From Candidatus Pacearchaeota archaeon (GTDB lineage Archaea > Nanobdellota > Nanobdellia > Pacearchaeales > GW2011-AR1): a stretch of DNA of 32,483 nt. The notes beneath the pieces are model-generated. The model did no database searches, was not told where the DNA came from, and was given only the letters and a program-made list of their open reading frames with translations. Position numbers and translations under genes: made by a program. Shown piece after piece: positions 8,039-16,646 of this stretch. The DNA lies in the NCBI GenBank assembly GCA_002731115.1, contig PBZO01000001.1, positions 1,069 to 33,551 on the forward strand, in the 5' to 3' direction. Position 1 is the first letter of the stretch, and each line of letters starts with the position of its first letter.

Positions 8039-8492
8039 CTTCCTCGTCTCTTCTGATAACTTTAACATTATCTAATTTAATTGTAACGGGTAATGGAACA
8101 ACTGCTCCAAGTAAACTTATTACTAATTCTTCTTTTTGTTTATCTACTCTTAAAACTCTTGCTTTTTCTTTTTTAAATGGTTCTGAGATCATCTCAACAA
8201 TATCTCCTTCCTTTATTGAAATAGTAGAAACCGATGGTTCAACCATATTCTTTATTTCATCATAACTAATTGTTTTACCAATAATTCCTTTTACATAAGG
8301 AAGATTAAATACTGCTTCTTCTGCTGATTCCCTATCTTCTGCTTCTAATAAGATATATCCCCTCATCCCATGAGGTCTCGATACTGAGAATACATTAAGT
8401 TCCTTTTTTTCTGCTCTTTCAGAGATCATATCTACTGCTTTTTCTTCTTTATTTGTTATAACTTTTATTATAAAAATCATATTTTGTTCCAA
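8028..8492 (-). CDS. spt5: Transcription elongation factor Spt5/NusG (TTG start; ATG 8480 alternative)
   Basis: NGN domain (RGYILLEA) and KOW domain (EGDIVEMISEPFKKEKARV). Confidence 0.95.
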   Translation of the reverse strand: MEQNMIFIIKVITNKEEKAVDMISERAEKKELNVFSVSRPHGMRGYILLEAEDRESAEEAVFNLPYVKGIIGKTISYDEIKNMVEPSVSTISIKEGDIVEMISEPFKKEKARVLRVDKQKEELVISLLGAVVPLPVTIKLDNVKVIRRDEEDED

Positions 8493-8588
8493 CTATCCCT
8501 TAAAATTTAAATTATTAAAGAATAATATTATTAATTAATTTTTTGGGTTTATAAGACTTTTTGTTTTAATTTTGATATATTATTAATC

Positions 8589-9038
8589 TCAGTCATGAAA
8601 AACTCTACGCTCATTATACCTTAAAAATTTCTTGGAAAGCATTCTATTAAACTTTAATGCTTCATCTAAGTTATAAATTTTGTTTAATGATTTACCTGCT
8701 TGAACTTGTGCTAATGTGCCTAAAGTGTTAGTTATTCCTAATAGAATTTCCTCATAAGAAATTTTCTTATGACTTAAATTATAAGGAAATTCATTATCAT
8801 CTTCTAAAACATCCATTAATACAACAAAATCGTCAAGATTCTTCTCTTTAAGATTTTTAGTTCTTTTGGAATCATAACAACACAATATTGCATTTGTCGC
8901 AGAACTAAAATAATCAATTCCATCAAGAATTGTTTCTTTTTTCTTTGAGTTTGTTAAACTTCTTGAATTAGTAAGAACAAGACATATATCAATACACAAG
9001 AATCCTGTTGCAAAATATTTTCCTCCCTCCATTTCCAT
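8589..9038 (-). CDS. Orphan hypothetical protein
   Basis: 149 aa ORF filling the secE-spt5 gap; own TTTATAAA (9060-9067) 29 nt upstream; no recognisable motif. Confidence 0.7.
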   Translation of the reverse strand: MEMEGGKYFATGFLCIDICLVLTNSRSLTNSKKKETILDGIDYFSSATNAILCCYDSKRTKNLKEKNLDDFVVLMDVLEDDNEFPYNLSHKKISYEEILLGITNTLGTLAQVQAGKSLNKIYNLDEALKFNRMLSKKFLRYNERRVFHD

Positions 9039-9072
9039 AGAATAATAAATATATTAAAATTTATAAATTTTC

Positions 9073-9249
9073 CTAAATAAAAGATTTCATAAAAGTTGAA
9101 ATTAAAAACCCTAAAAGACCCAGTATTGCAATTCCTATTGCAGAGACTTTTGTAATTGTCTCAAATTCTTTTCTTGTTGGTTTTTTCAAAATAAGCCATA
9201 CTCTCCTACATTTAAGAAAGAACGATTTTGTTTGATTTAAAAATTCCAT
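9073..9249 (-). CDS. secE: Protein translocase SecE/Sec61-gamma (not in ORF track)
   Basis: Hand translation MEFLNQTKSFFLKCRRVWLILKKPTRKEFETITKVSAIGIAILGLLGFLISTFMKSFI; KP...EF motif plus TM. Confidence 0.95.
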   Translation of the reverse strand: MEFLNQTKSFFLKCRRVWLILKKPTRKEFETITKVSAIGIAILGLLGFLISTFMKSFI

Positions 9250-9391
9250 ATTTTTATTAGAAAGAGAGAGTTTTTAAAATTGTTGGAAAAATCACTTAAC
9301 TTAACCAAGTAAAGAAATATCTTCTTTTATTAAATCTCCTTATTTAATTAATTGTCTTCATACTTCCTTTATTATATGTTTCTCTCTCATT

Positions 9392-10522
9392 TTATTCAAA
9401 AAATTCAATCCCTAATTCATCCTCAATTTCTTTATGTTTTATACTCTCAATTGATTCACCATGCCCCAGAATCTGAGAACTTTTTACTCCTGTTACAATT
9501 AATAGAACTCTAATAGATTTCTCCATATCTGGTGAAATTTGAGCTCCCCAAATTAATTTTGCATCAGGACTTAATCTACTGCCCAATGTCTCTATTATTA
9601 ATTTACATTCATCTAAACTCATATCATTACCGCCAACAATATTAACAAGAGCTCCTGTTGCATTTGAAATATCAACATCTAAAAGAGGGTTTTGGATTGC
9701 TTTTTCCACAGCTTCTATTGCTCTTTGTTCTGTATCTGATTCGCCCATTCCTATTAATGAAACTCCTCCATCAACCATAACTGTTCTTATATCTGCAAAA
9801 TCAAGATTTACCAAACCCGATGTAGTTACAAGTTCTGTTGTTCCTTTAACAGCATTTGTTAATATCTCATCAGCTATCTTGAATGCTGTATGTAATGGTA
9901 ATTCTGGTGCAAGTTCAAGAAGTTTATCATTTGGGATAACAATTAATGTATCAACGCTTGCTTCCATTCTTTCTAGACCATCCATTGCATTTTCTATTCT
10001 CTTTCTTCCCTCAATTGTAAATGGAAGTGTTACAACTCCAATTGTTAAAGCATTCTGTTTTTTTGCTAAACTTGCAACAACTGGCGCAGCTCCTGTTCCT
10101 GTTCCTCCACCTAAACCACAAGTAATAAAAATCATGTCACTTCCTGAAAGTTTCTTTTTAATTTCTGATTCAGATTCCTTTGCTGCTTCTTGACCAACTT
10201 TAGGATTACTTCCTGCCCCTAATCCTTGAGTTAATTCCTTACCAATTAGAATTTTCTGATCTGCATTAGTATATAATAAGTCTTGAGCATCAGTATTTAT
10301 TGCAATAAGTTCTCCTCCTTTAATCCCTATCTCCTTCATTCTTGATAAAGAATTATTTCCACCACCACCAATACCAATAACCTTAATCTTAGCTGATTGC
10401 TTCTTTAAAAGTTCTTCTAATTCCTTATCAATCTCTTTAATTTCAGGAGATAATCCTGAAGTTATGTGGTCTATTGATTTTGGGTCATGAGAATCTTTTG
10501 TTACTTCATAAAACTCATCCAT
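9392..10522 (-). CDS. ftsZ: Cell division protein FtsZ
   Basis: GIGGGGNN, GAGSNP, GGGTGTG, NLDFADI; C-terminal ELGIEF; start MDEFY 29 nt after CTTATAAA. Confidence 0.98.
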   Translation of the reverse strand: MDEFYEVTKDSHDPKSIDHITSGLSPEIKEIDKELEELLKKQSAKIKVIGIGGGGNNSLSRMKEIGIKGGELIAINTDAQDLLYTNADQKILIGKELTQGLGAGSNPKVGQEAAKESESEIKKKLSGSDMIFITCGLGGGTGTGAAPVVASLAKKQNALTIGVVTLPFTIEGRKRIENAMDGLERMEASVDTLIVIPNDKLLELAPELPLHTAFKIADEILTNAVKGTTELVTTSGLVNLDFADIRTVMVDGGVSLIGMGESDTEQRAIEAVEKAIQNPLLDVDISNATGALVNIVGGNDMSLDECKLIIETLGSRLSPDAKLIWGAQISPDMEKSIRVLLIVTGVKSSQILGHGESIESIKHKEIEDELGIEFFE

Positions 10523-10570
10523 ATTCAAAAGAATCAACTAGTGTTTATAAGAATTATTGTGATAATATTA

Positions 10571-11227
10571 TTAATTCTCTCTTTTATTCTCTTCTTTCTT
10601 AGTAATCTCCTTAACATCTAACTCTAACCCTAGTGTACTCTTGAATTTGTCTTTAAATAATTCAATAAATTTAGTCATTCCCTTTTCTGCTTCAATTATT
10701 AATTTTTTTTCTTTTATCTCAAATTTTAATTCTCTTTTAAATAAGAAATCAATTAAAGATTTTACTTTTTCCTTTATATCTTCTATCTTCCTTAAAACTT
10801 TTACCTTATATATTACTACCTTTCCAGCAATAGGATTATTAAAATCAACTATTATTCTCCCTCCGGAGACAGTTAATATTTTTGCAATTCTCCCATCAAA
10901 ATTAAACATTGCTCCTGCAACAGGATTTATCTTTTGTTCTCTAAATACCTTCATTGGCATTAATTTAACCAATTTAGAATCACGATTTCCAAAAGCATCA
11001 ACTGGAGATAATTCGATTTCATATTTTTTACCTACTTCTTTTCCAATCAAAAAATTATCTACTCCCTTAATAAACATTTCTTCACCTAAACCAAAGATAA
11101 ATGATTTTGGACTAATTTCCTTATTTACCTTTTCCAAATCTTCTTTTATATTTGAATCGAAAATTTCTCCGCCTTTAACTCTTCCCGTAAATTCTATTTC
11201 AATGAAATCTTTTTTTTGTAGTTTCAT
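10571..11227 (-). CDS. FKBP-type peptidyl-prolyl isomerase (long archaeal SlyD-like)
   Basis: GEIFDSN, DAFGNRD, VDFNNPIAGK motifs; C-terminal extra domain. Confidence 0.92.
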   Translation of the reverse strand: MKLQKKDFIEIEFTGRVKGGEIFDSNIKEDLEKVNKEISPKSFIFGLGEEMFIKGVDNFLIGKEVGKKYEIELSPVDAFGNRDSKLVKLMPMKVFREQKINPVAGAMFNFDGRIAKILTVSGGRIIVDFNNPIAGKVVIYKVKVLRKIEDIKEKVKSLIDFLFKRELKFEIKEKKLIIEAEKGMTKFIELFKDKFKSTLGLELDVKEITKKEENKREN

Positions 11228-11253
11228 CTTCTTAAACTTTTCAATCAAAAACG

Positions 11254-11261
11254 TTTATAAA
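11254..11261. promoter_or_regulatory. TATA box between divergent FKBP and aIF5A genes
   Basis: Palindromic TTTATAAA preceded by A-rich BRE-like run; 29 nt before the aIF5A ATG and 34 nt before the FKBP ATG. Confidence 0.55.
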
Positions 11262-11282
11262 TCTATTTTTTTTCTTCTTATA

Positions 11283-11669
11283 ATGGTTTTAAAGATAATT
11301 AATGCTACAGAGGTAAAAGTTGGGACAAATATTATTGTTGATGGAGTTCCTTGTGCTGTTAAGAATATTGATATTAGTAAAACAGGGAAACATGGACATT
11401 CGAAATGTAGAATAGAAGCTGTTGGAATTATTAATGGACAAAAAAAAGTTTTTGTTGTCCCGGGACATGAAAGAATAGAAGTTCCAATGGTTGAAAAAAG
11501 AAAAGGACAAGTTTTATCAATTGGAGATAAGATTAGTATTATGGATTCAGAAAGTTTTGAAACTTTAGAGGTTCCTTGTTCAGATGAAATAAAATCAGAA
11601 TTAGAAGAAAATTCTAATGTAGAATATTGGAATGTCGAAGGAGAAAATATGACTAAGAGGAAATTATAA
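11283..11669 (+). CDS. eif5a: Translation factor aIF5A
   Basis: Hypusine loop SKTGKHGHSK; real start MVLKII at 11283. Confidence 0.96.
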   Translation: MVLKIINATEVKVGTNIIVDGVPCAVKNIDISKTGKHGHSKCRIEAVGIINGQKKVFVVPGHERIEVPMVEKRKGQVLSIGDKISIMDSESFETLEVPCSDEIKSELEENSNVEYWNVEGENMTKRKL

Positions 11670-11670
11670 T

Positions 11671-11832
11671 ATGGCAAAAATACCCGAAGCACAAAATAGA
11701 CTTTTTAAGAATGTATTTGTTTGTAAGAAGTGTCAAAGCAAGATGAAAGCAAAACCTATTCAAATCCTTGAAGGCAAGGTTAAATGTAGAAATTGTGGAA
11801 AAAAAGCATTTAGACCTGTAAAGAAAAAATGA
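11671..11832 (+). CDS. rpl40e: 50S ribosomal protein L40e (not in ORF track)
   Basis: Hand translation MAKIPEAQNRLFKNVFVCKKCQSKMKAKPIQILEGKVKCRNCGKKAFRPVKKK; Cys4 and RP.K motif. Confidence 0.92.
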   Translation: MAKIPEAQNRLFKNVFVCKKCQSKMKAKPIQILEGKVKCRNCGKKAFRPVKKK

Positions 11833-13238
11833 GTTTTATAATCTATGACATTACTTTCTTAATCTTATTTATAATTTTTGTTAGTATTTTCCTTTACAAT
11901 AATAAAAAAAATATAAAAAAGGAAGGGCCTTTTTTTTTATATAAAACAAGTTGGGGAATAAAATTAATTAATTATATTGGAGGAAAATATAAAAAAACAC
12001 TTAAATTTCTGAGTTATGTTTCTATTAGTCTTGGATATTTTTTAATGGCTACAATGATGTTCTTAATAATCCAAACTATTTATCTTTATTTAACAACTAA
12101 TATTGCAACAGTAGTAAAAGCTCCACCATTAATGCCTCTGATTCCTTATTTTCCTAGATTATTTGGTGTTGAAAGTTTATTTCCTCCTTTCTTTTTTGCA
12201 TATTTTATAATATCTATTTTAATTATTGCAACAGTTCATGAATTTGCTCATGGAATTTTTGCTAGGAGTTACAATATTAAAATAAAGAGTACTGGATTTG
12301 CATTTCTAAAATATTTTCCTGCACTCTTTGGGGCATTTGTTGAACAAGATGAAAAACAAATGAACAAGGCAAATAGATTTGAACAGAAAAGTATTCTTTC
12401 TGCAGGAGTTTTTGCAAATACTATAACAGCTATTTTATTTTATATAATTTTCTTTTGGTTTTTTACTCTTGCATTTACTCCTTCAGGGATAATTTTCAAT
12501 GATTATCAATATTCGATTGTAGAAATTTCAAGTATTTCTATGATAAATGGAATTCAATTAAATAATTTTTCTCAAGAAAATATTGCAAATTTAATAAATA
12601 AAACAGGATTTAATGAAATTAAAGTAGATGAAAAAAACTATGTTGGAATAAAGGGTTTTCCAGTAAATAACAATGAACATATTGCATTATATGATGATTC
12701 TCCTGCAATAAATGCCAAATTAAATGGAGCAATAATTGCAATAAATAATGAAAAAATTAATAGTTTAGATGATTTTAAAGATGAATTATTGAGATATTCT
12801 CCTGGAGAAAAGATAACAATAAAAACAAAAACCGATATAGAAGAAAATTATGAAATTGTTCTTGGAGAAAATCCCCAAGAAAAAGATTTATCCTTTCTTG
12901 GAATTGCATTTATTGATAGAAAAAGAACTGGAATAACTGGAAAATTATTTAATGCATTTTCTTCTTTTAAAAAACCCAATATTTATTATGAACCCAAATC
13001 AGATTCAAGCATATTTATTAAAGATTTATTGTGGTGGATAATAGTTATTAATATTCTTGTAGCATTATTTAATATGCTTCCATTAGGGTTTCTGGATGGG
13101 GGGAGATTTTTCTATTTAACTATTTTGGGAATAACTAAAAGCGAAAAGATAGCAAAAAAATCTTTTGCAGTTTTAACGTATTTTATTTTGTTTTTGTTTA
13201 TTTTATTGATGATTAAGTGGGCTTTTAGTTTTTGGTAA
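11829..13238 (+). CDS. Site-2 protease (M50 intramembrane metalloprotease) with PDZ-like insert
   Basis: HEFAH, GAFVE, AGVFAN, NMLPLGFLDGG; PDZ-like DSPA..IIAINNEKI. Confidence 0.94.
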   Translation: MSFIIYDITFLILFIIFVSIFLYNNKKNIKKEGPFFLYKTSWGIKLINYIGGKYKKTLKFLSYVSISLGYFLMATMMFLIIQTIYLYLTTNIATVVKAPPLMPLIPYFPRLFGVESLFPPFFFAYFIISILIIATVHEFAHGIFARSYNIKIKSTGFAFLKYFPALFGAFVEQDEKQMNKANRFEQKSILSAGVFANTITAILFYIIFFWFFTLAFTPSGIIFNDYQYSIVEISSISMINGIQLNNFSQENIANLINKTGFNEIKVDEKNYVGIKGFPVNNNEHIALYDDSPAINAKLNGAIIAINNEKINSLDDFKDELLRYSPGEKITIKTKTDIEENYEIVLGENPQEKDLSFLGIAFIDRKRTGITGKLFNAFSSFKKPNIYYEPKSDSSIFIKDLLWWIIVINILVALFNMLPLGFLDGGRFFYLTILGITKSEKIAKKSFAVLTYFILFLFILLMIKWAFSFW

Positions 13239-13269
13239 AGTTTAAATTCCTTATATTAATTCTATTTCT

Positions 13270-14262
13270 ATGAAACTCAATAATAGAATAGTTAAACAAT
13301 TACGAAAAGAAGGATATAGAATAGTTGGAAATCATAGTGCTGTAAAAATATGTAGATGGACAAAAAAATCATTGAGAAATGAAGGAGAATGTTATAAATC
13401 AAAATTTTATGGAATCAATACAAATAGTTGTTGTCAGATTAGTTGTAGTCTACTAAATTGTCAAAATAAATGTATTCATTGTTGGAGAGATCTAAAATAT
13501 TCCTGTCCTGATGAGATTAAAAATCCTGATTCTGCAAATTCAATAATTGAAGGATGTATTAAAGAACAAAGAAAATTACTAGAAGGTTTTAAAATACTCC
13601 CAGAAACAAAATATAAAACAGTAAGTAAGGTTAATATGAAAAAATGGGAAGAAGCACAATTACCAACCCAATTTGCAATAAGCTTAACAGGAGAAGGAAC
13701 ATTATATCCAAAAATTGGAGAATTAATCCTAGAATTAAGGAAAAGAGGTAAAACAAGTTTTCTTGTAACTAATGGACTTTACCCTGAAAAAATTAAAGAG
13801 TTAAAAAATAAAAAACAATTACCCACTCAACTTTATGTCTCGGTTAATAGTCCTAATGAAGAAATTTATAATAAATTTCATAGAAGTTCAAAAAAAAATG
13901 CCTGGAAAAAATTAAATGAAACCTTGGAGCTAATAGCTAAACTTAAGAGTAAAACAAGAACTGTCGTAAGGCTAAATCTTGTTAGAAATCTTAATATGGA
14001 TAACAAATATATTAAAGAATATGCTAAACTAATAAAAAAAGCTTCTCCTCTATTTTTAGAAATTAAGGGATACATGGCAGTAGGTCATGCAAGAGAAAGA
14101 CTAGGGTATGAAAGAATGCCAACAGATAAAGAGATGGAAGATTTTGCAGAAGAAATATCAAAAAAAACAGGTCTTAAAATTCTAGATAAACATGAATTTT
14201 CAAGAGTATTGGTCTTGGGAAAGAACAAAAAAGACTTGAAAATTAAGAAAAATGGAATATAA
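13270..14262 (+). CDS. taw1: 4-demethylwyosine synthase Taw1/TYW1 (radical SAM)
   Basis: HSAVKICRWT, CYKSKFYGI (Schiff-base Lys), CQNKCIHCWR, AISLTGE, FLVTNG. Confidence 0.95.
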   Translation: MKLNNRIVKQLRKEGYRIVGNHSAVKICRWTKKSLRNEGECYKSKFYGINTNSCCQISCSLLNCQNKCIHCWRDLKYSCPDEIKNPDSANSIIEGCIKEQRKLLEGFKILPETKYKTVSKVNMKKWEEAQLPTQFAISLTGEGTLYPKIGELILELRKRGKTSFLVTNGLYPEKIKELKNKKQLPTQLYVSVNSPNEEIYNKFHRSSKKNAWKKLNETLELIAKLKSKTRTVVRLNLVRNLNMDNKYIKEYAKLIKKASPLFLEIKGYMAVGHARERLGYERMPTDKEMEDFAEEISKKTGLKILDKHEFSRVLVLGKNKKDLKIKKNGI

Positions 14263-14274
14263 TTAAGATATTCT

Positions 14275-14625
14275 CTACAAATCAATAATCCCTTCTTTTG
14301 TTAATGCTGCAAATCTTACCCCAACTGGCAAATTAATCAATGCAGAAATCAATGCCATATGTTCCTTACCATCACCCGAAGCTAAACTTAATGCAACTTC
14401 TGTCCCTTTAATTTTTCCCTTTAGCTTTTTTACAAATTCATCTCTTAAATCTTTTAGTTTCTTATCTAGATTAACTTTAATAAATTCTGTTTTTCTATCA
14501 GCTCTAAACTCTTTTGCAAAATCATCTCCTAAAAGAATTATATTATCCCATTCCCCATATTTTACTAATCCTGCAACTTGTGCCCATGTTCCTTTTCCAG
14601 TTGACAATAATGCAATTAATTCCAT
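14275..14625 (-). CDS. Hypothetical protein, CARF-like Rossmann topology
   Basis: 116 aa alternating beta/alpha; EVALSLASGDGKEHMAL resembles the CARF strand-4/helix motif; TATA 30 nt upstream. Confidence 0.75.
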   Translation of the reverse strand: MELIALLSTGKGTWAQVAGLVKYGEWDNIILLGDDFAKEFRADRKTEFIKVNLDKKLKDLRDEFVKKLKGKIKGTEVALSLASGDGKEHMALISALINLPVGVRFAALTKEGIIDL

Positions 14626-14674
14626 TTCTTAAAAAAAGAAGATTAGTTTTTAAAAATTGTTGTAGTAAGAAACT

Positions 14675-14682
14675 TTTATAAA
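14675..14682 (+). promoter_or_regulatory. TATA box of rpl1-rplP0-rpl12 operon
   Basis: AGAAAC-T-TTTATAAA (BRE-TATA); predicts a TSS near 14704-14705. Confidence 0.65.
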
Positions 14683-14703
14683 CCTTAAGTCTCTAAAATT
14701 TTC

Positions 14704-14763
14704 ACCGTAGAACTACATCATTAAGAAATATTTTCTATATTCTTGATGCATAATGTAGGAGGT
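14704..14763 (+). promoter_or_regulatory. Structured rpl1 5' leader, candidate uL1-binding autoregulatory element containing the SD
   Basis: ACC/GGT stem, GTAGAA-vs-GA asymmetric loop, CTACAT/ATGTAG stem, CATTAAGAA/TTCTTGATG stem; the 3' strand carries AGGAGGT 4 nt before the ATG. Confidence 0.7.
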
Positions 14764-14767
14764 AAAA

Positions 14768-15397
14768 ATGAATTTAAAAGAAGACCTAAAAAAAGCTTTA
14801 ATTGAATTAAGAAAAGAAAAAGAAAGAAAATTTAATCAAACTCTAGATTTAATTGTAAATCTTCAGAAATTTGATTTAAAAAAAAATAATATAAATTTGT
14901 TTATAACTGTCCCTCACAAAATTAAAGATAAGAAAATTTGTGCATTTTTAGAAACAAAGAATAATAATATTGAGACAATAACAGGTAATGAATTTAAGAA
15001 ATATAGTGAAAAAAAAGCGTTAAAAAATTTAGTTAAAAAATTTGATTTCTTTATTGCCCAAGCAAGTTTGATGCCAAAAGTAGCAACATCCTTTGGGAGA
15101 GTGCTCGGGCCTGCAGGAAAAATGCCTTCTCCTCAATTAGGGATTATTATGAATGTTAGTGATAAAACAATAAATGATCTAAAAGAAAAAATAAATAATA
15201 CTCTTAAAATAAGGGTAAAAGAGGCTAGTATAAAATTACCAATTGGAAAACAAAATATGAAAGATGAAGAGTTAATTGAAAATATTCTTATTGTCTACAA
15301 TACTATCTTAAAAGCACTATTAAAAGAAAAAGAAAACGTAAAAAATATAGAATTAAAATTCACTATGACTAAACCTCAAAAGATAAAGATAAGATGA
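14768..15397 (+). CDS. rpl1: 50S ribosomal protein L1 (uL1)
   Basis: RKFNQTLDLIVNL, DFFIAQASLMP, GRVLGPAGKMP. Confidence 0.97.
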   Translation: MNLKEDLKKALIELRKEKERKFNQTLDLIVNLQKFDLKKNNINLFITVPHKIKDKKICAFLETKNNNIETITGNEFKKYSEKKALKNLVKKFDFFIAQASLMPKVATSFGRVLGPAGKMPSPQLGIIMNVSDKTINDLKEKINNTLKIRVKEASIKLPIGKQNMKDEELIENILIVYNTILKALLKEKENVKNIELKFTMTKPQKIKIR

Positions 15398-16257
15398 AAA
15401 CAAAAACAGTAGAACATATTCCTGAAAAAAAAACAAAATTAGTTAAAGAATTAATTGATTTAATTAAGAATAAAAAAACAATATTGATTGCATCTATAAA
15501 AAATCTTCCTGCTTCTCAATTCCAAGAAATTGGAAAGAAATTAAGGGATAAGGCAATAATTAAATTTCCTAAAAAGAACTTAATATTTAGGTCAATTGAT
15601 AATTCGGGTAATGAAGCAGTAAAAGAACTTAAAGAACAAATTAAAGATAGTATGGCAATTTTATTTTCAGACTTAGATAGTTTTGATTTAGCTTTAGAAC
15701 TCGTAAAGAACAAGAATCCTGCAAAAGCAAAAGTGGGGCAAGTTGCACCATTAGATATTGAAGTAGAAGCAGGAATGACTGATTTAATCCCTGGACCGGC
15801 AATAAGTGAATTAGGGGCAGTTGGAGTTAAAACAAAAGTAACAAATAGTAAATTAGAAATTATCAGTAATAAGATAATTGTGAAGGAAGGAGAAAAAATA
15901 TCACAAGGTGTTGCAGATGTTATGGCTAAACTAGATATTAAACCATTTTCTATAGGGTTTATCCCTTTATCTGCATTTGATACTAAAGAAGGAAAATTAT
16001 ACCTAGATATTCAAATAAATAGGGAAGGAACACTAGAAGAATTGAAATCTGCTTATGGAAAATCCTTGCCTTTTGCTGTGGGAATTGGATATATTTGTGA
16101 AGATACTATTAAATTATTAATTGGAAAAGCAGGAATGCATGAAAAAGCTTTGGAAAAAATTTTAGATAAAAAAGAAGAAAAAACTGAAGAGAAAAAAGAG
16201 GATATAAAATCAGAAGAGAATACTCAGGAAAATAAAACTGGGGAGGAAACTAAATAA
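15394..16257 (+). CDS. rplP0: 50S ribosomal protein L10/P0 (uL10)
   Basis: PAKAKVGQVAPLDI, PGPAISEL; follows rpl1. Confidence 0.96.
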   Translation: MKTKTVEHIPEKKTKLVKELIDLIKNKKTILIASIKNLPASQFQEIGKKLRDKAIIKFPKKNLIFRSIDNSGNEAVKELKEQIKDSMAILFSDLDSFDLALELVKNKNPAKAKVGQVAPLDIEVEAGMTDLIPGPAISELGAVGVKTKVTNSKLEIISNKIIVKEGEKISQGVADVMAKLDIKPFSIGFIPLSAFDTKEGKLYLDIQINREGTLEELKSAYGKSLPFAVGIGYICEDTIKLLIGKAGMHEKALEKILDKKEEKTEEKKEDIKSEENTQENKTGEETK

Positions 16258-16258
16258 A

Positions 16259-16555
16259 ATGGAACTAATATACAGTGCTTTATTACTTCATAAACTTGGA
16301 AAAGAAGTTAATGAAGAAAATGTGAAAAGTATTGTTGTAGCTGCAGGTAGCAAAGTTGATGAATCGAAAATCAAATCTCTTGTTGCCAGTTTAAAAGGTG
16401 TTGATATAGCAAAAGAATTAGAAAATGCTAGTTTAGTTGCTGCTATGCCTACAAGCGGAAATGATTCTGGAAAGGCTCCAGAAAAGAAAGAAGAAAAACC
16501 TAAAGAAGAGAAAAAAGAAGCTACAGCAGAAGGGCTTAGTGCACTTTTTGGATAA
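16259..16555 (+). CDS. rpl12: 50S ribosomal stalk protein P1/L12
   Basis: MELIYSALLLH..; C-terminal EGLSALFG. Confidence 0.97.
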   Translation: MELIYSALLLHKLGKEVNEENVKSIVVAAGSKVDESKIKSLVASLKGVDIAKELENASLVAAMPTSGNDSGKAPEKKEEKPKEEKKEATAEGLSALFG

Positions 16556-16646
16556 TTATTTTTGTAAAGTGTGCTAGTCCTAAATCTTTTCTAGATGGAA
16601 CTTTCGATAATTTTATAACCCCCCTATTTCTTCAAACTTAACAAAG

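Noticed and set aside
9301-9390. Frame after ftsZ reading MREKHIIKEV*RQLIK*GDLIKEDISLLG*, starting 1 nt after the ftsZ stop (readthrough or relic?)
   Set aside because: Two different internal stops and no recognisable homology; TGA, TAA and TAG all terminate real genes here, so recoding is unsupported. At most a decayed remnant
10641-11282. 342-aa ORF suggesting an N-terminally extended aIF5A
   Set aside because: The extension is the antisense of the FKBP gene; ATG 11283 has a correctly spaced TATA box and gives a normal-length protein
14587-14610. STGKGT as a Walker A motif
   Set aside because: Does not fit GxxxxGK[ST], and the protein is too small with no Walker B
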